The notes under the pieces: model-generated
Databases searched by the model: none
Seen by the model: the letters and a program-made list of their open reading frames with translations, nothing else
Told to the model about the DNA's origin: nothing
In this document: positions 8,855 to 17,906 of the stretch, piece after piece
Layout of the letters: every line of letters begins with the position of its first letter
How positions within the stretch are numbered: the stretch's first letter is position 1
Position numbers and translations under genes: made by a program
Assembly (NCBI GenBank): GCA_964356375.1
Contig: CAYHGT010000001.1
Location: 9,221 to 73,220 of the forward strand
Reading direction: 5' to 3'
Origin: an uncultured Candidatus Saccharibacteria bacterium
GTDB taxonomy: Bacteria; Patescibacteriota; Minisyncoccia; UBA6257; GWB1-50-10
DNA length: 64,000 nucleotides

Positions 8855-10168
8855 CGATTCTTTAGCCACGCGCTTCGCGCGTGGAAAGAATCGGCAGGCC
8901 AGTCCCTCGTTGAAATTATTATCGGCCTCGCAATTGGCGCAATTTTGATAGGTGCGTCAGCGCTTGCAATCGCAGCGATGTTGAATTCAAACGTGACGAC
9001 ACAAAAATGGAAGGCGGCAACCGTGCTCTCACAAAGCTTATTAGATAATGCGCGTGCATACGGCTCTGTAAATTGGCAGAATTTGTACGGGCTTACAAAA
9101 ACGTCTAGTACACAATATTTTTTAAACGCTTCAGGAACCACATATAACGTAATTCAGGGGAAGGAGGGAATGGTTGATAATGATGTGACAAACGGCTTAG
9201 TGGGAGAGTGGAAATTTGATGAGGATGCGGGGACGACCAGCACGCTAACGTATGATGCGTCTGGCAATGGCAACAATGGAACACTTGTGGGTAGTCCTAT
9301 TAGAGCAACGTCTACATGTAAAATAGGAAATTGTTTGAAGTTTAATGGTGCGGACAATTATGTGAGCGTCACTAACTCCGCTACGGTAAAAAGCATTTCT
9401 ACTACTGGCACGATTGCGACATGGATTAATTTAACGGTTGCGCCAACAAGCACCAACCTGCAATTGATTGCCGATGTGGATGGCACAGCCAGTTGTACTG
9501 CGAGAGGTATGATATTTTATATTTCAGCTACGCAATTTAAATTTCAGTATGGTAGCGGTGGTGCTTGTCAGAATGCGAGTTCGGTTACCGTGCCAGCCAC
9601 GAATCAATGGTTTCATATAGTTGCGACGTGGGATGGTCTCGCTGGCGCCAAGATGTATGTGAATGGAACATCCGAGGGCAATAATGTTGCGGTGTCAAAT
9701 GTCAGCATTGCGCAAGCGTCCACTTATATTGCCAGTCAGGCGGGTACCACAAGTTTTATAAACGGTCTCGTTGACGATCTTCGTATCTACAATCGCGCGC
9801 TTTCGGCTGACGAAGTGAAACAACTCTACAACGCCAATATTTTCACGCGATATTTCTATGTGGAAAATACGTGTCGCACAAACGATGCATCAAGCTCCAT
9901 TTCCGGTGTTGCTTCCTGCGCGGGAGGTTCGGCTGACGACCCATCAACGCAGAAAGTAAGCGCGGTCTCGCAGTGGGCAGTCCTCGCTGGCACAAATCAG
10001 CTTTCTCTCGCTGATTATATAACGCGATGGAGAAACACAATTTTTCAGCAGAATGACTGGTCTGGTGGCGCAAGCGCAACGGGCACGTATACGAGTCCCA
10101 CAAACCTTTTTTCAACGTCGTCTAACGCAAACACAGCAGGCAAGTCAATTCGCATTCAAGGCCTGTAA
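8804..10168 (+). CDS. PilV-like minor pilin with a LamG domain
   Basis: AG|QSLVEIIIGLAIGAIL; GLVGEWKFDE, WFHIVATWDG, LVDDLRIYNRALS. Confidence 0.85.
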   Translation: MKKKNYKPKFSIYVLGARFFSHALRAWKESAGQSLVEIIIGLAIGAILIGASALAIAAMLNSNVTTQKWKAATVLSQSLLDNARAYGSVNWQNLYGLTKTSSTQYFLNASGTTYNVIQGKEGMVDNDVTNGLVGEWKFDEDAGTTSTLTYDASGNGNNGTLVGSPIRATSTCKIGNCLKFNGADNYVSVTNSATVKSISTTGTIATWINLTVAPTSTNLQLIADVDGTASCTARGMIFYISATQFKFQYGSGGACQNASSVTVPATNQWFHIVATWDGLAGAKMYVNGTSEGNNVAVSNVSIAQASTYIASQAGTTSFINGLVDDLRIYNRALSADEVKQLYNANIFTRYFYVENTCRTNDASSSISGVASCAGGSADDPSTQKVSAVSQWAVLAGTNQLSLADYITRWRNTIFQQNDWSGGASATGTYTSPTNLFSTSSNANTAGKSIRIQGL

Positions 10169-10172
10169 TAAC

Positions 10173-10270
10173 CAGCGACTAACGACAAACAACTAGAAAC
10201 GGACGGACCTTTTTCCATTTTTTTCCTGTCGTGGGTTGTTAGTTGTGAGTTGTAGGTTGTGAGTTATAAT
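10173..10270. repeat. Inverted heptamer array ending in a TATAAT -10 box
   Basis: gcgacta acgacaa acaacta ... tcgtggg ttgttag ttgtgag ttgtagg ttgtgag ttataat. Confidence 0.75.
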
Positions 10271-10278
10271 AAAAGCAT

Positions 10279-10719
10279 ATGGTTGAAGTAAAGAATTTCA
10301 GTGAATCGCTTGATACTCATTTGGAGCGCCTAGGTGCACATATTAACGTAGAACGCGAAAGGCCAAGTTCCGAGCTTTCATCTCCGCGCGAGATTGTAAA
10401 AAACTCACTCAAAAATTATGCAGAAGACCTTACTCAGATTCGGAACGTGAGCGTGGCTGAGGCACAGGCTGGTCTTGTGTCGCAAGCAACGCCAGCGTCC
10501 GATATGTCTGGGTCCTTGCCAAACTACCTTTTTAACAGCGACATTTCTGAGGGTATTAAGCAGGAGGTAAAAGAGCTTGTGGATTTTGTATTTTCAGACA
10601 ATCTTGAATCCGCAATAAAAGAGTCGCGCAAACGTTCTGCGTTCGTGCAGGACGCATTTCACGATGCGCTGGTTGATAAGTTGATGCCAGAACTCGTAAA
10701 ACGAGGAATTTTCAAATAA
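10279..10719 (+). CDS. Hypothetical protein upstream of the VirD4-like ATPase
   Basis: Clean ORF with -10 directly upstream; C-terminal DAFHDALVDKL motif. Confidence 0.7.
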   Translation: MVEVKNFSESLDTHLERLGAHINVERERPSSELSSPREIVKNSLKNYAEDLTQIRNVSVAEAQAGLVSQATPASDMSGSLPNYLFNSDISEGIKQEVKELVDFVFSDNLESAIKESRKRSAFVQDAFHDALVDKLMPELVKRGIFK

Positions 10720-10727
10720 CCCACATA

Positions 10728-13079
10728 ATGGTTTATTTAATAATCTTTTTAACATTCTTTTTCACCTTTCTTTTTGGCATCCTCGCATTTTTTGTGTGGC
10801 GAAAAAAGATACGCGAATTATTGAAGAATAGTTTGGAAATGAAGCTTTTCCTTGTGCGTATGCCACACATGAATAAGGAGGGTAAGGATTTGAAAAAAGA
10901 AATAAGTATTTCCGAACAATTTTTGAGTGCCTTAGCATCGCTCGGGGGTCCCTTCGCGCTTGAAGTTGCCGTCCCACACATTGGCGAGGAAATCCATTTT
11001 TATGTGGCGGTTCCCGGCAAATCACGCGAATCAATCGTGCGTCAGATTCACGCATTGTGGGCTGATGCGAGTGTGAGCGAGGTAGACGACTACAATATTT
11101 TTAACTACACGGGCGTGGTCGCGGGTATTTCTATTCGCCAAAAAGAGAAATCAATCCTTCCAATTCGCACGTATCAGGAATTGGAGGCGGATTCGTTTTT
11201 GCCGGTACTTGGTGGATTTTCAAAAATAAACGAGGTGGGTGAGGGTTGCGCGATCCAGTATGTGGCGCGTCCCGCATCTTCCAAGGAGAAAAAAAATATT
11301 CAATATGCGGTAGACCTCTTGAAAAAAGGCGTAAAAGCAAAGGACGTATTTGGCGGTACATGGCTTGTGCTTAAAGATTTTGATGAAGCGCTTGGTGCGG
11401 GAAAGAAAAAAGAAACGGAAGAAAAAATAGTAGACGAGGGGGCCTTGGAAGCATTGAAGGCAAAAGTGGGAAAACAACTTTTTGATGTGAATGTGCGTGT
11501 AATTGCGTCAGCCCCGAGTCAGTTTCAAGCAGACGCTATTATTGATGGAGTAATTGCTGGCTTTTCGCAATTCTCGGCACCAGAGCGCAATGAATTTAAA
11601 ATTGTGAAGCCGAGAAAACTTCAGGATTTTATACATTCATTTTCATACCGCGACTTCAATGAGTCCGAAGCGATGTTAATGAATACGGAAGAATTTGCGA
11701 GTATCTTTCATTTTCCGACGCCGTTTACAGATGTGCCGAGAATTAAGTATCTGAAATCGCGCGAGGCGCCCCCGCCATCCGACCTACCAAAGGAGGGAAT
11801 CTTGCTTGGCGAAAGTATTTATAGAGGAACTCATATTCCTGTGCGGCTTACGCGCGAGGACAGGCGAAGACACTTGTATGTAATCGGTCAGACGGGTACT
11901 GGTAAGTCCGTATTTATCAATAATTTGTCGGGTCAGGATGTCGTTAATGGCGAAGGAGTATGTGTAATTGACCCGAATGGAGATCTTTTTGAAGATGTAC
12001 TGAGTCGTATTCCCAAAAACAGATTAAATGATGTGATTGTGTTTGACCCGAGTGATGTCTTGCATCCCTTGGGCATCAATATGCTGGAATATGATCTAAA
12101 CTTCCCGGAGCAGAAAACATTCCTCATAAATGAACTGATGCAGATTTTTGACACGCTCTATGACCTGAAGACCACGGGTGGTCCAATGTTTGAGCAGTAT
12201 ACGCGCAACGCTCTTCTTCTATTGATGGATGACCCCACAAACGGATTTACTATTCTTGAAATTCCGCGTGTGATGTCGGATGTAGAATTTCGAGAAGCGC
12301 TTCTTGCAAAATGCAAAAACGCAATTGCGAAAGATTTTTGGGAGAAGGAGGCGAATAAGGCGGGAGGGGATGCGTCACTTGCAAACATGGTTCCGTATAT
12401 TACGTCCAAGTTCAATACATTTATTGCAAATGATTTTATGCGCCCCATCGTCGCGCAATCAAAAAGTTCCATTGATTTTAGAAAAGTGATGGATGAGGGC
12501 AAGATTCTTTTGGTGAACCTCTCAAAGGGAAAGCTTGGCGAATTAAATGCGTCGTTACTCGGCATGATAATTGTGGGTAAGCTTACGATTGCCGCGTTCT
12601 CGCGCGCGGATATGGCACCCGAAAAGCGCAGGGATTTCTATCTCTATATGGATGAGTTCCAGAATTTCACAACACCAAGTATCTCCACGATTCTTTCTGA
12701 GGCAAGAAAATACCGACTATGTATTATTGCCGCACATCAGTTTATTGCGCAGTTAAAGGAGCCGATTCGTAATGCGATATTTGGCAATGTGGGCTCGCTT
12801 GTGGCATTTCGCGTAGGTGCTGATGACGCGGAGTTTTTGGAAAAGCAATTTACGCCCGTATTTTCCGAAAGCGATCTTATTAACATTGATAATTTAAATG
12901 CACACGTAAAAATTGCCATTAATAATCAGGTTTATCCGGCGTTCAATATGTTTGTACCGTTTCCGCCAAAGGGCGATAGAACCACTGTGGACGAGGCACA
13001 CGCGCTTTCCAGGCAGAAATATGGGCGCCCACGCGAAGACGTTGAGGCCGAAATTTATAAGCGAATAAAGGCGGTCTAA
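10728..13079 (+). CDS. VirD4/TraG/TrwB-like (HerA/FtsK superfamily) membrane-anchored ATPase
   Basis: N-terminal TM; RRRHLYVIGQTGTGKS, VIDPNGD, FYLYMDEFQNF, LSEARKY, AHQFIAQL, IFGNVGS. Confidence 0.9.
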   Translation: MVYLIIFLTFFFTFLFGILAFFVWRKKIRELLKNSLEMKLFLVRMPHMNKEGKDLKKEISISEQFLSALASLGGPFALEVAVPHIGEEIHFYVAVPGKSRESIVRQIHALWADASVSEVDDYNIFNYTGVVAGISIRQKEKSILPIRTYQELEADSFLPVLGGFSKINEVGEGCAIQYVARPASSKEKKNIQYAVDLLKKGVKAKDVFGGTWLVLKDFDEALGAGKKKETEEKIVDEGALEALKAKVGKQLFDVNVRVIASAPSQFQADAIIDGVIAGFSQFSAPERNEFKIVKPRKLQDFIHSFSYRDFNESEAMLMNTEEFASIFHFPTPFTDVPRIKYLKSREAPPPSDLPKEGILLGESIYRGTHIPVRLTREDRRRHLYVIGQTGTGKSVFINNLSGQDVVNGEGVCVIDPNGDLFEDVLSRIPKNRLNDVIVFDPSDVLHPLGINMLEYDLNFPEQKTFLINELMQIFDTLYDLKTTGGPMFEQYTRNALLLLMDDPTNGFTILEIPRVMSDVEFREALLAKCKNAIAKDFWEKEANKAGGDASLANMVPYITSKFNTFIANDFMRPIVAQSKSSIDFRKVMDEGKILLVNLSKGKLGELNASLLGMIIVGKLTIAAFSRADMAPEKRRDFYLYMDEFQNFTTPSISTILSEARKYRLCIIAAHQFIAQLKEPIRNAIFGNVGSLVAFRVGADDAEFLEKQFTPVFSESDLINIDNLNAHVKIAINNQVYPAFNMFVPFPPKGDRTTVDEAHALSRQKYGRPREDVEAEIYKRIKAV

Positions 13080-13086
13080 TCCATTC

Positions 13087-13830
13087 ATGTCAAAACCGTA
13101 TCTATCTCTCATTATCCCTGTTCGCGACGAAGAGAAGACCGTGTTGCAGACACTTCTTTCCGTGGACTACGCGCTTTCTATTTCCGAATTTTCTTCGGAA
13201 GTAATTGTTGTGGATGATGGTTCACGCGATACCACGGCGCATATCGTACGGCAGTATGAAAAAGTTCTAAAACCTCTGAAATGCATTGAGGGTAAGAGTA
13301 AGAGGGGATTTGGTTCCGCAATTAAGGACGGTATGGCAGATGCAAATGGGAACGTGCAAATGATTCTCTATCCATCGTGCGTTGGATTTTTAGATAAACG
13401 GGAAGAAATTTTAACCGCATTTAAGGACGGGTATGATATTGTAGTTGGTTCGCGGAATATCGCCGTAGAACGGCTCTCGCTCTCATGTTCCGTGAAGCGC
13501 GCATTCAGAAAACTTGGCAATCGGCTTTTGTGTGGCAAATCGCTTTTCGGGGTATCCGATGTACGGTTTGGCGCGGTCTGTATGACGGAAGAAATGGCGG
13601 AGTGGCTCTCCTCGTTCTCGGAACTCACAAATAGCAACAACATTTTCTTTGAAATGTATATGCTTACTACCGCAAATGGTGGGCGAATCAAGGAGATTGC
13701 ATATGGAGAAAGCGATGAATGTGTCTGTGGAAAAGGCGCGTGGAACTGGATTCGCGCATATTTTCACTCGCTTAAGGTGAGGCATTTGGCAAAGAAGAAA
13801 AAGAAGCACGAAGGGCTTGTGTTGGAGTAA
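13087..13830 (+). CDS. Glycosyltransferase family 2 (Dol-P-Glc synthase-like), degenerate
   Basis: LSLIIPVRDEE, EVIVVDDGSRDTT, DIVVGSR; the DxD motif is absent. Confidence 0.75.
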   Translation: MSKPYLSLIIPVRDEEKTVLQTLLSVDYALSISEFSSEVIVVDDGSRDTTAHIVRQYEKVLKPLKCIEGKSKRGFGSAIKDGMADANGNVQMILYPSCVGFLDKREEILTAFKDGYDIVVGSRNIAVERLSLSCSVKRAFRKLGNRLLCGKSLFGVSDVRFGAVCMTEEMAEWLSSFSELTNSNNIFFEMYMLTTANGGRIKEIAYGESDECVCGKGAWNWIRAYFHSLKVRHLAKKKKKHEGLVLE

Positions 13831-13865
13831 CCCGTCGACTCGGTGTATTATAGAAGGCATAAGAT

Positions 13866-14267
13866 ATGAAAATAGCGATTTGTGGGAGCATGGTATTTTC
13901 AAAGGAGATGATGGAAATCAAGGAAAAGCTGGAGCAATTTGGTCACGGAGTTATTCTTCCCGCAAATACGGAGAGGTATGCGAATGGGGGTAAGATGTTG
14001 GAAAGCAAATGGGCGAAGATTGAGGGCGACCTTATTAGGGATTATTACAATAAAATTAAAGAATGTGACGCGGTGCTCGTTGCGAATATAACTAAAAATG
14101 GTATAGAGAATTATGTGGGCGGGAATGCATTCATTGAATTAGCATTTGGACACGTACTTAATAAAAAGGTTTACTTGATTAACTCAGTCCCAGAAATGAA
14201 TTACAAAGATGAAATAGAAGCGATGGGGCCAGTGATACTTAATGGAGATTTGTCAAAAATTATATGA
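13866..14267 (+). CDS. Nucleoside 2-deoxyribosyltransferase-like (Rossmann-fold) protein
   Basis: MKIAICGSM, IKECDAVLVAN, YVGGNAFIELAFGHVLNKKVY. Confidence 0.6.
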   Translation: MKIAICGSMVFSKEMMEIKEKLEQFGHGVILPANTERYANGGKMLESKWAKIEGDLIRDYYNKIKECDAVLVANITKNGIENYVGGNAFIELAFGHVLNKKVYLINSVPEMNYKDEIEAMGPVILNGDLSKII

Positions 14268-15001
14268 CCAAATTACTTATTGCAAACTGGAAGATGAAAC
14301 CAGCGACCGTCGTGGAGGCAATAAAACTTGCCAAGGCGAGCGATGTAAAGGGCGTGTTTATTGCGCCATCATTTGCATTTCTGTCACTTGTAAAAAGTGT
14401 ATTGAAAAATGCGACGCTCGGAAGCCAGGACATGTTTTATGAGAATCCGAAAAATGGAGGAGCATTTACAGGGGCGGTTTCGGTATCAATGCTTAAATCG
14501 CTTGGCACGAAGTTCGCAATTATTGGACATTCGGAACGGCGGGCGTATTTTGGTGAAACCGACGAGCAGATTACAAAAAAAATCCCACTCGCATATGAGA
14601 ATGGGCTTCTCCCCGTATTGTGTGTAGGAGAATCGTGGTCGGTTAGACAGCGTGGTATTACGGAGGCAAAGGCGTTTGTCGCCCTGCAACTCGCAAAAGA
14701 TCTCTCACGAATTCCACCAACGGCAAAAAAAATCGTGATTGCGTATGAGCCAATCTGGGCAATAGGAACGGGTAATAATGATACGCCTGAAAATGCAGGA
14801 GATATGGCGCGCCATATAAGAAGCGCGGTGGCGAAGGGGAATAGCGGGCTAAGTGCGCAAGTGCTCTATGGTGGTTCTGTGAACGCAAAGAATATCGCGT
14901 CGTTTGCCAAAGAAAAAAATATTGATGGATTTCTAGTTGGTGGCGCAAGTGCCGATGCAAAAGAATGGAAGGCGATAGTAAAAATCGTAGCAAAGCTATA
15001 G
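14264..15001 (+). CDS. tpiA: Triosephosphate isomerase
   Basis: ANWKM, GHSERR, IAYEPIWAIGTG, LYGGSVN, DGFLVGGAS. Confidence 0.97.
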   Translation: MTKLLIANWKMKPATVVEAIKLAKASDVKGVFIAPSFAFLSLVKSVLKNATLGSQDMFYENPKNGGAFTGAVSVSMLKSLGTKFAIIGHSERRAYFGETDEQITKKIPLAYENGLLPVLCVGESWSVRQRGITEAKAFVALQLAKDLSRIPPTAKKIVIAYEPIWAIGTGNNDTPENAGDMARHIRSAVAKGNSGLSAQVLYGGSVNAKNIASFAKEKNIDGFLVGGASADAKEWKAIVKIVAKL

Positions 15002-15006
15002 TGCAA

Positions 15007-15774
15007 ATGAATAGGGGAACAAAAAAATTCTTATATGGATTCTTCTACTTCGCGTGCGTTTCGCTCGTGGTGTTTCTGGTCTACAAATCCTATACCACCG
15101 TTCCGCCAAGTTGCTTTGATAATATTCAAAACCAATATGAAACGGGCGTTGATTGTGGTGGTTTATGTGTCGCGTGTGATATAAAAAATCTAATCCCACT
15201 TGGTATGGTTGGAGCACCGCGTCTTTTTACGATTCCGTCGTCGGGCAACGAGACCGCGCTGTTTCAGGTGGAAAACCAAAATACCACGCATCATGCGATG
15301 CAGTTTGGGTATGTGGTGAATGTGCTGGATAAAAATGGCGAGAACGTGGAGACCTTTGGTGGGACTGATACGCTTTTTGCAGGGGAGAAGCGCTATATTT
15401 TTGAGCCGTTAATTACTACACCAATGCGGAATATCGGAACCATCTCACTAGAATTCAAGGACCCAGCGTGGAAACCCGTGGATGAGTATGTTCCACCCGC
15501 ATTAACACTTAGCGATATAAAAACCGATGTTGGGAAGAGCTGGCTCCGCGTGAATGGAACGGTGAAAAATGGAAATACTTTTTCTGCGCGCGAGGTGAAA
15601 ATCATCGCGATACTGCGCGGGAAGTCGGGTATGGAGCTTTTTGTGGCACAGGTAATTCTGACGAGTATTCCAGGATTTGGAAGCGTGTCCTTTACGATTC
15701 CGTTTCCATTTGATAAAACTCTTATTGACGGCCTTGACCCAGGTAAGAGCGAGGTCTTCGTAAGTAGCAAATGA
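15007..15774 (+). CDS. Membrane-anchored protein with a Cys-rich CxDxxQNxxETGVDCGGxC motif and Ig-like domains
   Basis: N-terminal TM; SCFDNIQNQYETGVDCGGLCVAC. Confidence 0.7.
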   Translation: MNRGTKKFLYGFFYFACVSLVVFLVYKSYTTVPPSCFDNIQNQYETGVDCGGLCVACDIKNLIPLGMVGAPRLFTIPSSGNETALFQVENQNTTHHAMQFGYVVNVLDKNGENVETFGGTDTLFAGEKRYIFEPLITTPMRNIGTISLEFKDPAWKPVDEYVPPALTLSDIKTDVGKSWLRVNGTVKNGNTFSAREVKIIAILRGKSGMELFVAQVILTSIPGFGSVSFTIPFPFDKTLIDGLDPGKSEVFVSSK

Positions 15775-16847
15775 TATTCGGCTCACGGCATCTAGATTTT
15801 GGGATAATTACAGGTCTTGTCATCATTGCAGCGACAAGCCTTGTTTCTCTTGCGAGTGCAAACATCGCATTTTTTTGGCGCCAGCTTATTTGGTATGCAC
15901 TTGGATTTTTTATCATTGTGGTTGGTAGCCGGTTTGATTGGCGGTGGATGGGGGGACAGAGGTGGTTCCGGTACGGACTTTATTGGATTAGCATTGCGTT
16001 CATCATATATTCCAATCTTCAGACGGGTACGGTGCGTGGCGTGAAAAGCTGGATATCTATCGCTGGAATTCAATTTGAGCCGGGTGAACTGGTAAAGCTC
16101 GCGCTCATTTTCATATTCGCTGATTTTTTCGCGAAGCGACATATTCATGCGTGGCAGGCAAAGAATATTCTCATTTCCTTCTTTTATGCTGCACTGCCCG
16201 CAACACTCATTGCAATTCACCCAGACCTTGGCACGGCATTTATCGTAATGACACTCTGGTTCGGGTATATGTTGATGAGTGGCGTACACGTGAAACGATT
16301 CCTTTTTGGTATTGGCGTATTTATTTGTTCGGTACTGCTTATGTGGTCGTTCTTCTTGATGCCATATCAGAAAGCACGCATTACGTCGTTCGCGTTTCCA
16401 GAACGCGACCCATTAGGCGCAAGTTATAATGTGATTCAAGCGAAAGTCGCGATAGGTTCTGCGGGATTTTGGGGGAAGGGTTTCAAAATGGGGACGCAAA
16501 CCCAGCTCCATTTCTTGCCAGAGTCCAAAACCGACTTTATTTTTGCCGCTTTCGTAGAGGAATGGGGACTCGTGGGCGGAATAGTGCTCCTATTGACATT
16601 TTTATACATTGTGTATAGGGTTATTCTAATTGGACAAAGAGCCCACGATAACTATTTCAAGCTGATAAGTTTGGGAGGGGGATTGTTTTTTATTGTCCAT
16701 TTTTTTGTAAACGTAGGGTCGAATCTAGGGCTATTGCCCGTGACTGGCGTCACATTTCCATTCTTGAGCTATGGAGGCTCAAATCTTCTGACGTCGTCAA
16801 TAATTTTAAGCGTAATCCAACACATTAAACTTGAATCCAGTGCATAA
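15771..16847 (+). CDS. rodA: SEDS peptidoglycan polymerase RodA
   Basis: QFEPGELVK, HPDLGTA, YQKARI, LPESKTDFIFA, PFLSYGGS. Confidence 0.92.
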   Translation: MIFGSRHLDFGIITGLVIIAATSLVSLASANIAFFWRQLIWYALGFFIIVVGSRFDWRWMGGQRWFRYGLYWISIAFIIYSNLQTGTVRGVKSWISIAGIQFEPGELVKLALIFIFADFFAKRHIHAWQAKNILISFFYAALPATLIAIHPDLGTAFIVMTLWFGYMLMSGVHVKRFLFGIGVFICSVLLMWSFFLMPYQKARITSFAFPERDPLGASYNVIQAKVAIGSAGFWGKGFKMGTQTQLHFLPESKTDFIFAAFVEEWGLVGGIVLLLTFLYIVYRVILIGQRAHDNYFKLISLGGGLFFIVHFFVNVGSNLGLLPVTGVTFPFLSYGGSNLLTSSIILSVIQHIKLESSA

Positions 16848-17874
16848 AGAACACGGGAATCTGAGCGTGCGACTCCTTAGCATATTAGGCCTTGTTTTAC
16901 TTTGTATTATTTTTGTTGCGTACTTTTTCTACGGGCTTCAATCCGCGACGATGAATAACCGTGAAGATGGGAGCGCTACAAGCACCGCAAAAGAAATAAA
17001 ATTAAAGATTGAAAAAGGCGAGGGGGTGCGCGAGATTGCAAAAACACTTTCTAAACAATCACTTATCAGGTCCATTACTGTATTCAAATTATATACACTC
17101 GTAAGTGGGAAAGCGCAACGATTCCAGCCGGGCATTTATGATTTATCAACCGCGATGAGTGTGCCTGAGCTTGTGAGAGCGCTCACAACCATGGGAAGTA
17201 ATGAAGTACAAATTACGATAACAGAGGGCATGACCGCGAAAGATGCACGCGAAATTTTAATTTCTGCGGGTGCGTTGAAGCGCGAACAGCCATTCGCACT
17301 TGATATGCAAAAATTGCGAAGCGAGTACCCGTTCCTTAGTGCTTCGGATTCGCTTGAGGGCTTCATTTTTCCTGACACATATCGTATCGCTCTTGATGCG
17401 ACGCCAGACGAGATGGTTAGAGTATTCCTAAATAATTTTAAGGCAAAGGCGTGGCCACTTCTTGAGGGCAAAAGCGACTGGTATCACCCAATTGTTCTCG
17501 CTTCACTCCTAGAACGCGAAGTGCCAAAATTTATTGATAGACAGATTGTCGCTGGCATTATTTTAAAAAGAATAAGAATAAAAATGCCGATTCAGATTGA
17601 TGCGACACTTGGATATGCCAAGTGCGATGGGCTTCTCCTCGGGTGTGACGCGAGAATTGTAAGATCTGATACAGCACTTGTTTCTCCCTATAATTCATAC
17701 ACGCAATTAGGTTGGCCACCGACGCCAATATCAAATCCGGGAGAAGACGCGATACGCGCGGCGCTTGCTCCTAAGGATTCCCCCTATCTTTACTACCTAT
17801 CAGCGAAATCAGGAGAGACAATCTTCTCTAAGACGCTGGAAGAACACAATATAAAGCGAGCGAAATATTTATAA
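16831..17874 (+). CDS. mltG: Endolytic transglycosylase MltG
   Basis: LEGFIFPDTY, LASLLERE, QIDAT, SPYNSY, PPTPISNPG, FSKTLEEH. Confidence 0.93.
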   Translation: MNPVHKEHGNLSVRLLSILGLVLLCIIFVAYFFYGLQSATMNNREDGSATSTAKEIKLKIEKGEGVREIAKTLSKQSLIRSITVFKLYTLVSGKAQRFQPGIYDLSTAMSVPELVRALTTMGSNEVQITITEGMTAKDAREILISAGALKREQPFALDMQKLRSEYPFLSASDSLEGFIFPDTYRIALDATPDEMVRVFLNNFKAKAWPLLEGKSDWYHPIVLASLLEREVPKFIDRQIVAGIILKRIRIKMPIQIDATLGYAKCDGLLLGCDARIVRSDTALVSPYNSYTQLGWPPTPISNPGEDAIRAALAPKDSPYLYYLSAKSGETIFSKTLEEHNIKRAKYL

Positions 17875-17906
17875 AAAGGCGAATAACTAACCATTAAAAA
17901 AATCCT

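Noticed and set aside
5980-10168. Diversity-generating retroelement (Avd-like gene plus paralogous adhesins)
   Set aside because: No reverse transcriptase in the window, and paralog differences are not adenine-specific TR/VR-type mismatches
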